From an uncultured Bacteroides sp. (GTDB lineage: Bacteria > Bacteroidota > Bacteroidia > Bacteroidales > UBA932), in the NCBI GenBank assembly GCA_900546925.1, contig UREV01000008.1, positions 7,965 through 71,964 of the forward strand: a DNA stretch of 64,000 nucleotides, in the 5' to 3' direction. The position numbers and the translations under genes were made by a program. Numbering within the stretch: the first letter of the stretch is position 1; the number at the start of each line of letters is the position of its first letter. The notes under the pieces are model-generated. The model saw only the letters and a program-made list of their open reading frames with translations, had not been told where the DNA came from and ran no database searches. Shown here piece by piece: positions 30,486 through 39,373 of the stretch.

Positions 30486-31243
30486 TGAAAGAAATTACCA
30501 TCCCGTCACCGGCAGGTGATATTTACGCAGTTTTGTCGCCCGCTGTCGGCGAAACATCATCAGACAAGCCTCTTGTCGTGATTTGTCATGGGCTCATGAT
30601 GAATTCTTGGCTGAACCCCGTGAGAGGAATTTCGGATGGGTTCAATGCTGCCGGATATGATACTCTACGTTTCGATTTCCGCGGAAGCGGACATAGTACC
30701 GGAAATATCACTGAAATGACACCGTTGACGGAGGTTGGTGATTTGCAAGCAGTTATAAGCTACGTGCAATTGGCATTGACCCGAAACATAATTCTTTGCG
30801 GGCACTCGCTGGGCGGGCTGGTTTCGCTCATTACGGCGGCGGGGCTGGAGCAGGCGGGGGAGAGCATTCTCAAGGGGCTGGTCATGTTCGCGCCGGCGGT
30901 GAATGTGGAGGCTGATTCGAAGGCGGGGCGTGTGGGCCTGGAGACGTTCGATCCTGTGAATATCCCTGATACTGTGGCAGTTTGGGGCTCGGAGCTGGGG
31001 CGTTGCTATTTCACTACCGCGATGAACCTGGATACGTACCGGACAATTTCAGGTTATACGGGGCCGCTTTGTGTGCTGATGGGGGAGCGCGACAAACTTG
31101 TGACTTGCGATTATTCGAGTAAAATAAATGCAGCCCTGCCACAAGCAGAGCTGCATGTCATTCCAAAAGGTGATCATTTGTTTTCCAGAGGGATACGGGC
31201 TAAAGCGCTCGATATCGCATTGGAATTTATGTCACGTCTATAG
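30485..31243 (+). CDS. Alpha/beta hydrolase
   Basis: CHG, FDFRGSGHS, GHSLGG nucleophile, GDH. Confidence 0.88.
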   Translation: MKEITIPSPAGDIYAVLSPAVGETSSDKPLVVICHGLMMNSWLNPVRGISDGFNAAGYDTLRFDFRGSGHSTGNITEMTPLTEVGDLQAVISYVQLALTRNIILCGHSLGGLVSLITAAGLEQAGESILKGLVMFAPAVNVEADSKAGRVGLETFDPVNIPDTVAVWGSELGRCYFTTAMNLDTYRTISGYTGPLCVLMGERDKLVTCDYSSKINAALPQAELHVIPKGDHLFSRGIRAKALDIALEFMSRL

Positions 31244-32371
31244 TGAAGCGATGTAGTCGGCCATCTCTTTGCTGTGCTCCATAGCGCTCTGGAACAGAGC
31301 CATTTGCGCACGTGCACGGACGAAGTTATGGTCTATATATTTTGTCTTGTAATAGACATCACCGTTCAAATAATCTGCCAGGAATCGGACGGCCTGCATG
31401 AAAGGAAACATGCACGCTGCGTATGGCAGATTTTTCTTTTCCATATCGGTCAGGAATCCGCCTGCTGATTCGATGTAACCTTTCGCGAACGACTTGAAAA
31501 TCTCCATGTCGAAACTTATTTTCGAAGTGTCCGGCTCGTCTTCAGCCGCTGTGCATGCCGCTGTTCTCAGGAAGTCGCCGAAATCAGAGAATATGAAGCT
31601 TGGCATCACGGTATCCAAGTCAATGACGCACAATACGTTGCCATCTTTGTCGAAGAGGATGTTGTTCACCTTCGTGTCGCAGTGGCAGATGCGTTTCGGG
31701 AGGACGCCTTCGCGGAACATTTGCTCGGCTTTGCACATCTCGATGCTGTTTTCGTCGATCTCGTCTATCATGGCGATTACTTCGTCACTATGGTCGGGAT
31801 CGTTGTCTATCGGATGCCTTCCGTCACCTTCTTCGGGGTCGTCTATTCTGCAGAATTTGTCGTTTTCTACTGCTTCTATGAGCTGGCTCATTCTGAATTC
31901 CATGTTGTGAAAGTTCGGAATGGTCTCTCCCAGTGGCTCTTGCAAATCTGAGAGCATTGCCTCGAAGTTACCGAAAGCCTTGCCTGTGAGGTATGAATAT
32001 TCTGGTGTTACGGTTTCGTATGTGTATGCGTCAGGAATGAAAACGGAGACTCTCCAGAATGTGCCGTCGGCCTCTGCGTAAGTCTTGCCGGTCTCTTTCG
32101 CCGGTATGAATTTCAGCACCTGACGGTCGATGTCGGCTTCTCCCGCAGCTTCGAGTTTCTCCCTGATATGACCCGTTACCGCCTCTATATTGTGCTGGAG
32201 AAGGTCAATGTCGGTGAAGACGGCATTGTTAATTTTCTGGAGTACATAGTCAGGTGCGCCTTCTGCGGTGTGGACTTTATATGTGTCGTTTATTAATCCG
32301 TTTCCCAAAGGTGAGATTTCGAGAACCTCACCTTTAAGATCGAATTTGGAAACTATGTCTTTAAGTTCCAT
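31238..32371 (-). CDS. APH-family phosphotransferase (NahK/MdsC-like sugar kinase)
   Basis: GNGLINDT, LQKIN, HCDTKVNN, IDLDT, DFGDFLRT, YYKTKY.DHN. Confidence 0.85.
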   Translation of the reverse strand: MELKDIVSKFDLKGEVLEISPLGNGLINDTYKVHTAEGAPDYVLQKINNAVFTDIDLLQHNIEAVTGHIREKLEAAGEADIDRQVLKFIPAKETGKTYAEADGTFWRVSVFIPDAYTYETVTPEYSYLTGKAFGNFEAMLSDLQEPLGETIPNFHNMEFRMSQLIEAVENDKFCRIDDPEEGDGRHPIDNDPDHSDEVIAMIDEIDENSIEMCKAEQMFREGVLPKRICHCDTKVNNILFDKDGNVLCVIDLDTVMPSFIFSDFGDFLRTAACTAAEDEPDTSKISFDMEIFKSFAKGYIESAGGFLTDMEKKNLPYAACMFPFMQAVRFLADYLNGDVYYKTKYIDHNFVRARAQMALFQSAMEHSKEMADYIASL

Positions 32372-32404
32372 ATGATTAAATTTGTTTCGCGTTTGCCGGA
32401 CAGG

Positions 32405-33205
32405 TTACAGGTTTGCAGTCGCTGCTGCCGCCTTGGCTGCTGCTTCAGCGAAGTCGTCGCCTGAGGAGGCGTAGATGATTCCGCGTGAAGAGTTTATTAG
32501 GAGACCTCCACGGCTGTTGGAACCGTGTGCCATGACTTCTTCCGCTGAGCCGCCCTGTGCACCTACGCCAGGTACGAGGAAGAAGTTATCCGGACAGAAT
32601 GTCCTTATCTCAGCGAGTTTGTCAGCTTTCGTGGCGCCTACGACGAACATCATGTTCTCAGGGGTGGAAATGGACATCATCTTTTCCATAACTACCTGAT
32701 AGAGAGGTTTGCCGTCCTGCTGTGCGAGCTGGAAATCTGCTGAAGATTTGTTGGAGGACAATGCCACTACGATGGCGTATTTGCCTTTGTATTCGAGGAA
32801 CGGAGTGACTGTTTCGCTGCCCATATACGGTGAGATGGTGGCAGCGTCGAAGTCCATGGTCTCGAAGAAGGTCTTGGCATACATTTTAGCAGTATTGCCT
32901 ATGTCTCCGCGTTTTGCATCAGCGATAATGAACTGCTCAGGATGGTTTGTCCTGATATGGTCCACGGTCTTTTCGAGGGCTTCAAGTCCTTCTCTGCCAT
33001 AGCACTCATAGAATGCAAGGTTCGGTTTGTATGCTATGCAATGCGCAGATGTCGCATCGATAATCTCGCGGTTGAATGTGAAAAGGGCTTCGGAAAGCGG
33101 CATTGACCTTAACCTTTCCGGAATTTTGTTGAAGTCCGTATCGAGACCGACGCAGAGCATGGATTTTTTGGCCTGAATCTGGTCGAACAATTCTTTTGTT
33201 GTCAT
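32405..33205 (-). CDS. pyrF: Orotidine-5'-phosphate decarboxylase
   Basis: LCVGLD, YKPN.AFYE, DAKRGDIGNT, PGVGAQGG, NSSR. Confidence 0.95.
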   Translation of the reverse strand: MTTKELFDQIQAKKSMLCVGLDTDFNKIPERLRSMPLSEALFTFNREIIDATSAHCIAYKPNLAFYECYGREGLEALEKTVDHIRTNHPEQFIIADAKRGDIGNTAKMYAKTFFETMDFDAATISPYMGSETVTPFLEYKGKYAIVVALSSNKSSADFQLAQQDGKPLYQVVMEKMMSISTPENMMFVVGATKADKLAEIRTFCPDNFFLVPGVGAQGGSAEEVMAHGSNSRGGLLINSSRGIIYASSGDDFAEAAAKAAAATANL

Positions 33206-33217
33206 TGTATTGAAGAA

Positions 33218-35362
33218 TTAGAGATAGTCTTCGAAATAGAGGGTGACTTTGTCCATCAGGTGGATTCTGTCGTGTCCTCTTACGTTGTGCTCGGCGCATG
33301 GGTAAGGGAAGTAGTCTACCTGTACGAGGTTCTTTACGCACTCGCGCACGAAGCTGAGGCTGTGCTCCCAAACCACGGTGTTGTCGATGGCTCCCTGGCA
33401 GATGAGGAGTTTGCCCTTAAGGTCATTGACTCTGCCGAGGAGGCTGGTGGCAGCGAATCCTTCTGCGTTGGTCTCAGGGGTTTCCATGTAGCGCTCGCCG
33501 TACATTATTTCGTACCATTTCCAGTCGATTACCGGACCGCCGGCTACTCCTACTTTGAATACGTCAGGGTGGTTGACCATGAGTGAGATGGTCATGTAAC
33601 CGCCATAGCTCCAGCCGTGTACGCCGATTCTGTCTTTATCTACGTAAGGCATGGTCATGAGCTGACGGAGTCCCGCCATCTGGTCTTCCATTTCTGCCTT
33701 TCCGCACTGTTTATGGATGGCTTTCTCGTATTCTGCGCCATGACGTTCTGTACCTCTGTTGTCCTGGACGTAAACGATGTAGCCGCGCTCTGCCATGTAC
33801 ATTTCCCAAAGTCGAGCCTGACCGAGCCAGCTGTTGTCCACGAGCTGGAGGTGTGGTCCACCGTATACGTAAAGTATTACAGGATATTTCTTTGCAGGGT
33901 CGAAGCCGTTAGGAAGGATGAGTCTGAAGTTGTTGTCGAATTTGCCGTCGCCGCTCTTTACTGTTCCGAGGATGACTTCTCCGGTCTTGTATTCTTTAAG
34001 CGGATCTTCTGCTGTGAAGAGTGTACGGCTGGTCTTTCCGTCTGTAGAGCAGAGTTTTACGACTGTAGGGACATTTATGCTGCTGTAGCTGTCGATGAAC
34101 CAGGTGCCGTTGTCATTGATCCTGACATTGTGCCAACCGTCATCTTTGGTGAGTCTCACTGGGGTGTCGGTCTTTACGGCGCCTTTGCGTGAGACTGAGA
34201 CATTTACGCTGAACAGGTGGTTCTCGGCGCTGGATACTTCTGATGAGGTGTAGAATACTTTCTGGCCGTTCTCGGCAACGAATTGAACGTCGGCCTGGAC
34301 CTTGGTGATTCTGTCGATATTGCCCAGAGTATCACAGAGATAGAGGCTCTTGTAGCCGTCTCTGTTGTCGGTGCTGTAGATGAATTTGTCTGAGAATCCG
34401 AACCAATGCAGCGGGTTGGCAGGCTCGATCCATTTCTCGTTGTCTTCAGTGAGGATGGTTTTCTCGAATTTTCCGTCAGATGCCCTGTACATGTTCAGGT
34501 GCATGTGTTTCTGGGTTCTGTCGAGGACCTGGATGAAGATGTGTTTCGCGTCCGGTGACCATGTCACGTTGGTGAGGTACTGGTCGTATCCGAAGTCGTC
34601 GGCCTGTACGTAAACGGTGGTGTTTTCCGCGAGGTCGTAGATGCCGAGGCGGATGTTTTCGGACATCATTCCGTTCATCGGGTATTTGATGTTTACGAGA
34701 GATCCGGTGCGTGTTGTGATGTCAAGTAGCGGGAAATCAGTAACTTTGCTTTCGTCTTTTCTGTAAAATGCGATGTTTTTTCCGTCAGGTGACCAGAAGA
34801 TTCCTCCGCTGATGCCGAACTCGTTTCTGCTGACTGTCTGGCCGTAGACGATGCCCGGGCCTTCGCTCTCCGCAATCGTGCAGATATGTTTTCTTTGGTC
34901 GATGTAGTAGAGGCTGTTGCCTACTGTAAATGCGAGTGCCGGTGCCGTGCCGATCGCCCTGTTTCCGGCCATCACGCTCATGAATCCGTTCGCCGCAGGG
35001 TTCGGTGTGATGTTGGCCGCGCCCTCCGGAAGTTCCTTCGTCAGGTATTTGCCGGCTTTCGCCGTATAGGCTCCAAGTATAGGGTCTTCGTTTATGTCAA
35101 TGCCTTTTTCCGCGTCTGCGAGTTGTTGTTTGCCGTCTTTCAGGTAGACGTATGAGTTTTCGCCGTACCAGGCAGCGCTGAATTTTGCAGGCCATGTCTT
35201 GGATGAGTAGATGGCTTCTTCCATCGTCATCAGTTTACCATTGTCGTTTGCCGGATGGGTGGCTTTGATTTTCATGCCATCTGGCAGTGGATATGTGTTG
35301 GCATTCATTGCCATGGCAGAGGCGAAGATTGCTATCGCTGCCGATAATAGTTTAGTGTTCAT
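33218..35362 (-). CDS. S9-family dipeptidyl/prolyl tripeptidyl peptidase
   Basis: Signal peptide, beta-propeller WSPD repeats, YGGP, GWSYGG, W.WYE.MYGERYM. Confidence 0.92.
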   Translation of the reverse strand: MNTKLLSAAIAIFASAMAMNANTYPLPDGMKIKATHPANDNGKLMTMEEAIYSSKTWPAKFSAAWYGENSYVYLKDGKQQLADAEKGIDINEDPILGAYTAKAGKYLTKELPEGAANITPNPAANGFMSVMAGNRAIGTAPALAFTVGNSLYYIDQRKHICTIAESEGPGIVYGQTVSRNEFGISGGIFWSPDGKNIAFYRKDESKVTDFPLLDITTRTGSLVNIKYPMNGMMSENIRLGIYDLAENTTVYVQADDFGYDQYLTNVTWSPDAKHIFIQVLDRTQKHMHLNMYRASDGKFEKTILTEDNEKWIEPANPLHWFGFSDKFIYSTDNRDGYKSLYLCDTLGNIDRITKVQADVQFVAENGQKVFYTSSEVSSAENHLFSVNVSVSRKGAVKTDTPVRLTKDDGWHNVRINDNGTWFIDSYSSINVPTVVKLCSTDGKTSRTLFTAEDPLKEYKTGEVILGTVKSGDGKFDNNFRLILPNGFDPAKKYPVILYVYGGPHLQLVDNSWLGQARLWEMYMAERGYIVYVQDNRGTERHGAEYEKAIHKQCGKAEMEDQMAGLRQLMTMPYVDKDRIGVHGWSYGGYMTISLMVNHPDVFKVGVAGGPVIDWKWYEIMYGERYMETPETNAEGFAATSLLGRVNDLKGKLLICQGAIDNTVVWEHSLSFVRECVKNLVQVDYFPYPCAEHNVRGHDRIHLMDKVTLYFEDYL

Positions 35363-35742
35363 TAGTTTACAGATAAGATTTTGTCAACTACATATTTCTG
35401 TTGGCCTCTCCATGGGAGTGCGCCGAGATATTCTTTGTAATGGAGTTCTACGTTTTTTCCGCTGCATCTCATGAGGGAGTCTGCAACAGCTTCGTTTTCG
35501 ACGGAGAATTCGAAGACGTAGGATTCCATGGTGTTGGTGCCTTTACCGACCCCGCGGAGTCCCGACTGTATGAGTCGTCCTTCGTATGTCTTGAAAATAT
35601 ACCCTTTATACATGACTTGGTTCAGGTCTCCTGCCTTCACACCTTCTCCGAATACAAAGAAGAATCTGAAGAAGATGAAGGCCACAGCGGCGATGGTCAC
35701 TGCTGCAGTGATGCCACCGATTACTTTGGTTCTGGTCGTCAT
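35362..35742 (-). CDS. Conserved hypothetical membrane-anchored protein
   Basis: TM helix then EGVKAG, KGYIFKTYEG, LHYKEY...WRG; translationally coupled to the peptidase. Confidence 0.75.
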   Translation of the reverse strand: MTTRTKVIGGITAAVTIAAVAFIFFRFFFVFGEGVKAGDLNQVMYKGYIFKTYEGRLIQSGLRGVGKGTNTMESYVFEFSVENEAVADSLMRCSGKNVELHYKEYLGALPWRGQQKYVVDKILSVN

Positions 35743-35745
35743 AAT

Positions 35746-35936
35746 TCTGTTATTTTACGTCGTTGTTTCGTTCAGTCTGTTTTATTTGTTTCCTGAGCTT
35801 GCACTTGATTTGGCTCTTGGAGTCGATTAGTCTGTTGTTCTACGTTGTTGTTCCGTTCAGTCTGTTTTATTTGTTTCCGGAGCTTGCACTTGTTTTTGGC
35901 TCTTGGAGTCGATTAATCTGTTATTTTACGTCGTCG
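35746..35936. repeat. 85/86-bp tandem duplication, about 2.2 copies
   Basis: TCTGTT(A/G)TT(T/C)TACGT unit starts at 35746, 35831 and 35917. Confidence 0.9.
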
Positions 35937-37054
35937 TTTAAGTTCCAGCCGGTCATGGTGGAGACGTATGGGAGCAGGGCGTGAGCTATCTTCCTGTGTC
36001 CCTGATAGCTGGGGTGCTGGCTTGCGCCGAGCTCGCTCTCGTTGTTATGGATGGCATCTGTGAGACCGACGAATTTTACGTTTTTCATTCCGCAAGTATT
36101 CACGACGTTGCGCACATAGTCAGCTGCCATGTCATCACACCTGCTGGAAACGCAAAGGATCGGATGTTCTTCGCCATAGTTTTCCTTAATCTTTTTCAGA
36201 AGGGTAATGTAGTGGCTTCTGAAAAGGCTCTCTGCCGGCTGTCTTCCTGTCGAAAAGTCATTGGTACACAGATATATAATGGTCATCTGCGGCTTGAAAG
36301 CATCCTTGGACGCATCCCATTTCACGTCCTTGTCCATATCGAATGTCTGACTATAGCGGTCAGGCATGTAATAGTCTTTGAATTTGTCGCTGTAGTTTCT
36401 TGCGATTCCCATTCCGGAGTGGGCTACTACGTAGTAGTCGGCGTCGAAGTAGCGGGCCAAAATGGCTGCGTATGTAAGGTTACTGTTTTCAGTTTCTGGC
36501 TTGAACGGGTCGTATTTGGTGCTGTTTTCCGATCCGTAACCACATGTATATGAATCACCTACGACTTCGAACTGGCGGGTTTTGAGTCCTTCAGCTTGGA
36601 GAAGGTCACCGGCTTTTGTGATGAATTCGCTGATGGTGGTGAGTCCCTGTTCTCCTTCTGTGCGCTTTTTTATCGTGACAGTGTGGCTGAATGATTTTCC
36701 CTTGCTGTTGAATGACTTGATGATTTCAGGTGAAGCCAATACATATACTGAGTCTTTGCCGCTTACTCTGATGGTCTGGTCGGCTTTTGCTTCAGGTTCT
36801 CTGTCGATCCATACGTCATAGTAGTTCGCCTTAGAGTCTGAGGCTTTCATGGCGAGGTAGTTGCCTTCGAATTTTACGCGCACATAAACGCCTGACCAGT
36901 CGAATGATACGTTCTCGCCTGATTTCAATGTCCTTCCTATGTATGTAATTCTTGCATCTGAAGCCGCGGTGCGTACTTCAGGAAGTTCACGTGCCGTCAG
37001 CACTCCTGTAAGGAAAAGTGCCGCAGCGGATAGTGTCATGATTATTCTTTTCAT
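35921..37054 (-). CDS. GDSL esterase, CE2 acetylxylan-esterase-like
   Basis: Signal peptide, YIGR, W.G, KRTE, GDSYTCGYG, SGMG, TNDF, HP...GH. Confidence 0.85.
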   Translation of the reverse strand: MKRIIMTLSAAALFLTGVLTARELPEVRTAASDARITYIGRTLKSGENVSFDWSGVYVRVKFEGNYLAMKASDSKANYYDVWIDREPEAKADQTIRVSGKDSVYVLASPEIIKSFNSKGKSFSHTVTIKKRTEGEQGLTTISEFITKAGDLLQAEGLKTRQFEVVGDSYTCGYGSENSTKYDPFKPETENSNLTYAAILARYFDADYYVVAHSGMGIARNYSDKFKDYYMPDRYSQTFDMDKDVKWDASKDAFKPQMTIIYLCTNDFSTGRQPAESLFRSHYITLLKKIKENYGEEHPILCVSSRCDDMAADYVRNVVNTCGMKNVKFVGLTDAIHNNESELGASQHPSYQGHRKIAHALLPYVSTMTGWNLNDDVK

Positions 37055-37261
37055 TCTGTTCGTTGCGTTGTATCATACAAAGATAAAAACTATCTTTGTG
37101 AAAAGAAAATGTGACAAATCGGTGTGCGGCAAAAAGTAAGCACAAGTCACTTTTTCTGTGCGTGCCATATTCAGGGTCTCGGGGGAGGAGCCTTGCATTC
37201 GCCCTAACGTGCTCCATAAGCGGTGTCTCGCATTTGCGGAACTTAGTTATAGATCTTTGAA

Positions 37262-37440
37262 TAACAGAAGTTTATAGCAGAAGATGTTAACGGAAGGTAG
37301 TAACATGAAGTTGGTAACAGAAGTCGATAATAGAGGATTGTAACGGATGTCTGTCTCAGAAGATTCTGACAATTGTTGGTAACGGAAGTTTGTAGCATAA
37401 TATATTAACGGAAGATGATAATAAAAGAGAATAACATAAT
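37262..37440 (+). repeat. Degenerate 13-bp tandem array, about 14 units
   Basis: TAACAGAAGTTTA, TAGCAGAAGATGT, TAACGGAAGGTAG and so on at 13-nt period (one 14-nt unit) up to the ATG. Confidence 0.8.
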
Positions 37441-38550
37441 ATGAAGACATTGAAAAATACGGCATTGACCTTAAACATCTCCCTTCATGGGGCGGAGTTG
37501 ACGAGTATCAGAGATTCTTTTGGGCGCGAGTTTTTGTGGCAGGCGGATCCGGCGTTTTGGAAGCGGCATTCGCCGGTCCTTTTCCCGATAGTGGGGAGCC
37601 TGTGGGACAAGCATTTCCGCGTGAACGGACGCGAGTACGAGATGGGCCAGCACGGGTTTGCGCGCGACATGGATTTCAGGCTGGTGTCGGAACGGGAGGA
37701 TGAGATGTGGTTCGAACTGAATTCTTCGCCGGAGACGTTGGCCAAATATCCGTATAAGTTTACGTTGCGCATAGGTTATCGCTTGGAAGCCAATAAGATA
37801 CATGTGATGTGGGAGGTTTCTGGCGATGATTCCCAAACAATGTGGTTCCAGATCGGTGCGCACCCTGCGTTCTATTTGCCAAGGTTTGTATATGGGGGTA
37901 GTGCGGCTTGTGCATCGGATTCTTCCCGACACTCGGATCCTGAATCTGGGGCTCCTAACTTAGCAGCGTCTTCTGCTGCTAGTTCTTGTACTTCTGGTTC
38001 GGAGGTTTTAGTCCTTAAATCGTCCTCTCAGGGCTCTGGCTGTGTTTTTTCTGATGGCTCTGCTTCCGGCTCGGGCGCTGCTGGCTCCGGAGCAGATTCG
38101 GATTCCGGTCGTGCAAGTCGTGGTTGTTTTCGTTTATATGGACGTGGAGCCGAGGGCGTGGTTCCGCTCGAGTCTTTCCGATATATTAAGGTTTCTGAGA
38201 AACAATGTACGGATATCTCTGATGTTCAAGAACTTAATACTCCTGGGGGCGTGATGCCGTTGGATGACCACACCTTCGATATCGGCGCATACATAATAGG
38301 GGATAGCCAAGTGTGTCGCGTCGACCTGGTTTCTACTACTGGGCTCAGATGCGTATCCCTGGAGTTCGATACTCCGTTGGTCGGTCTGTGGGCGCCATCT
38401 GCCAAGGATGTCCCGTTCGTCTGCATCGAACCATGGTACGGTAGATGTGACCGTGTAGGTTTTACCGGAGAATTCTCAGAAAGAGACTGCGTAAATTCCC
38501 TTTCTCCAGGCCAAGTCTTCCGCGCCAGCTACACAATCACTGTCGGATAG
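37441..38550 (+). CDS. Aldose 1-epimerase family (LacX-like) with Ser/Gly-rich insertion
   Basis: SPVLFPIVG, QHGFARD, IGAHPAF, FVCIEPWYG. Confidence 0.88.
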   Translation: MKTLKNTALTLNISLHGAELTSIRDSFGREFLWQADPAFWKRHSPVLFPIVGSLWDKHFRVNGREYEMGQHGFARDMDFRLVSEREDEMWFELNSSPETLAKYPYKFTLRIGYRLEANKIHVMWEVSGDDSQTMWFQIGAHPAFYLPRFVYGGSAACASDSSRHSDPESGAPNLAASSAASSCTSGSEVLVLKSSSQGSGCVFSDGSASGSGAAGSGADSDSGRASRGCFRLYGRGAEGVVPLESFRYIKVSEKQCTDISDVQELNTPGGVMPLDDHTFDIGAYIIGDSQVCRVDLVSTTGLRCVSLEFDTPLVGLWAPSAKDVPFVCIEPWYGRCDRVGFTGEFSERDCVNSLSPGQVFRASYTITVG

Positions 38551-38608
38551 TCCGTGCTGCTTGATTGGATGATTTGTAGTGTCATCAGTTGTCGTCGTAT
38601 GTCAGGGT

Positions 38609-38759
38609 GTCGGCGCGTCTCTGATTTTGGAGACATTGATTATCAATGAATTGCAATAACGTACCGCGCCGACCCTACCAAAAACTATGGGGTCGGCGCG
38701 CAGGTGTTATAGAACCGCCTGGCTGTCAATAGTTTACGAGGGGTGGCCGCGCCGACCCC
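38609..38759. repeat. Two 83-bp-period units of inverted GTCGGCGCG/CGCGCCGAC pairs enclosing IHF-like motifs
   Basis: GTCGGCGCG at 38609 and 38692; CGCGCCGAC at 38665 and 38748. Confidence 0.75.
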
Positions 38760-38860
38760 AGAACCGGAGACACTTACCAGGTGAGGTGGTTCATCATCCT
38801 GAAGTTACTCGAAAAATAATTGATAACTGAATTATTGATATTGTCGCCGCTCCAGTCCTG

Positions 38861-38958
38861 TGTGGATACAATTTATTTGGGTCCATTGTGGATACGATTT
38901 ATCCGGGTCCATTGTGGATACGTTTTGTCCGGGTCCCTTGTGGATACGATTTATCCAG
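38861..38958 (+). repeat. 26-bp tandem repeat, about 3.8 copies
   Basis: TGTGGATACGATTTATCCGGGTCCAT-like units at 38861, 38887, 38913 and 38939. Confidence 0.9.
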
Positions 38959-38973
38959 TTACGTCAGCGGCAG

Positions 38974-39035
38974 GAGGCGGAACTCAGGCCGCGAATTGCG
39001 CAGCACCTGAGCGGACGAGTCCGAGTTCCTGCCTC
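38974..39035 (+). repeat. Palindromic repeat family A, divergent copy 4
   Basis: Core GCGAAT-TGCGCAGCA-CCTGAGCGG inside a different stem, GAGGC-GGAACTC/GAGTTCC-T-GCCTC. Confidence 0.7.
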
Positions 39036-39373
39036 GGCCACGTCAATTTCGGACAACTTGGCGGATTGCAAAAGAGTGATTCTGTTGATAATCAACATGT
39101 TGCGACGAAATTTACCTGTCAGGTCCTATGAAAAAACATACCACCTGGCAGATGTGGAGATAACTTTAGAAAGCGTAATATCTTAATTGATAGTGTGTTA
39201 CAGAGCGCATGTAACACAAGAACCTCCGACAGGTAGTCTGACATATAATTGTAATATTGGCCGTTCTACACCATGATTGCATAATACCACGTGGATTTTC
39301 GCTACGCCGGCGCCAAGGTGAGCACCGCAGCCGGAATATATAAAACTTAGATATCAAAGAATCCACGTGAATA

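Noticed and set aside
35746..35936. CRISPR-like repeat-spacer structure
   Set aside because: The whole 85-bp unit is repeated and includes a gene end; it is a tandem duplication.
38861..38958. CRISPR array
   Set aside because: Units are contiguous tandem repeats with no unique spacers, and there are no cas genes in the window.
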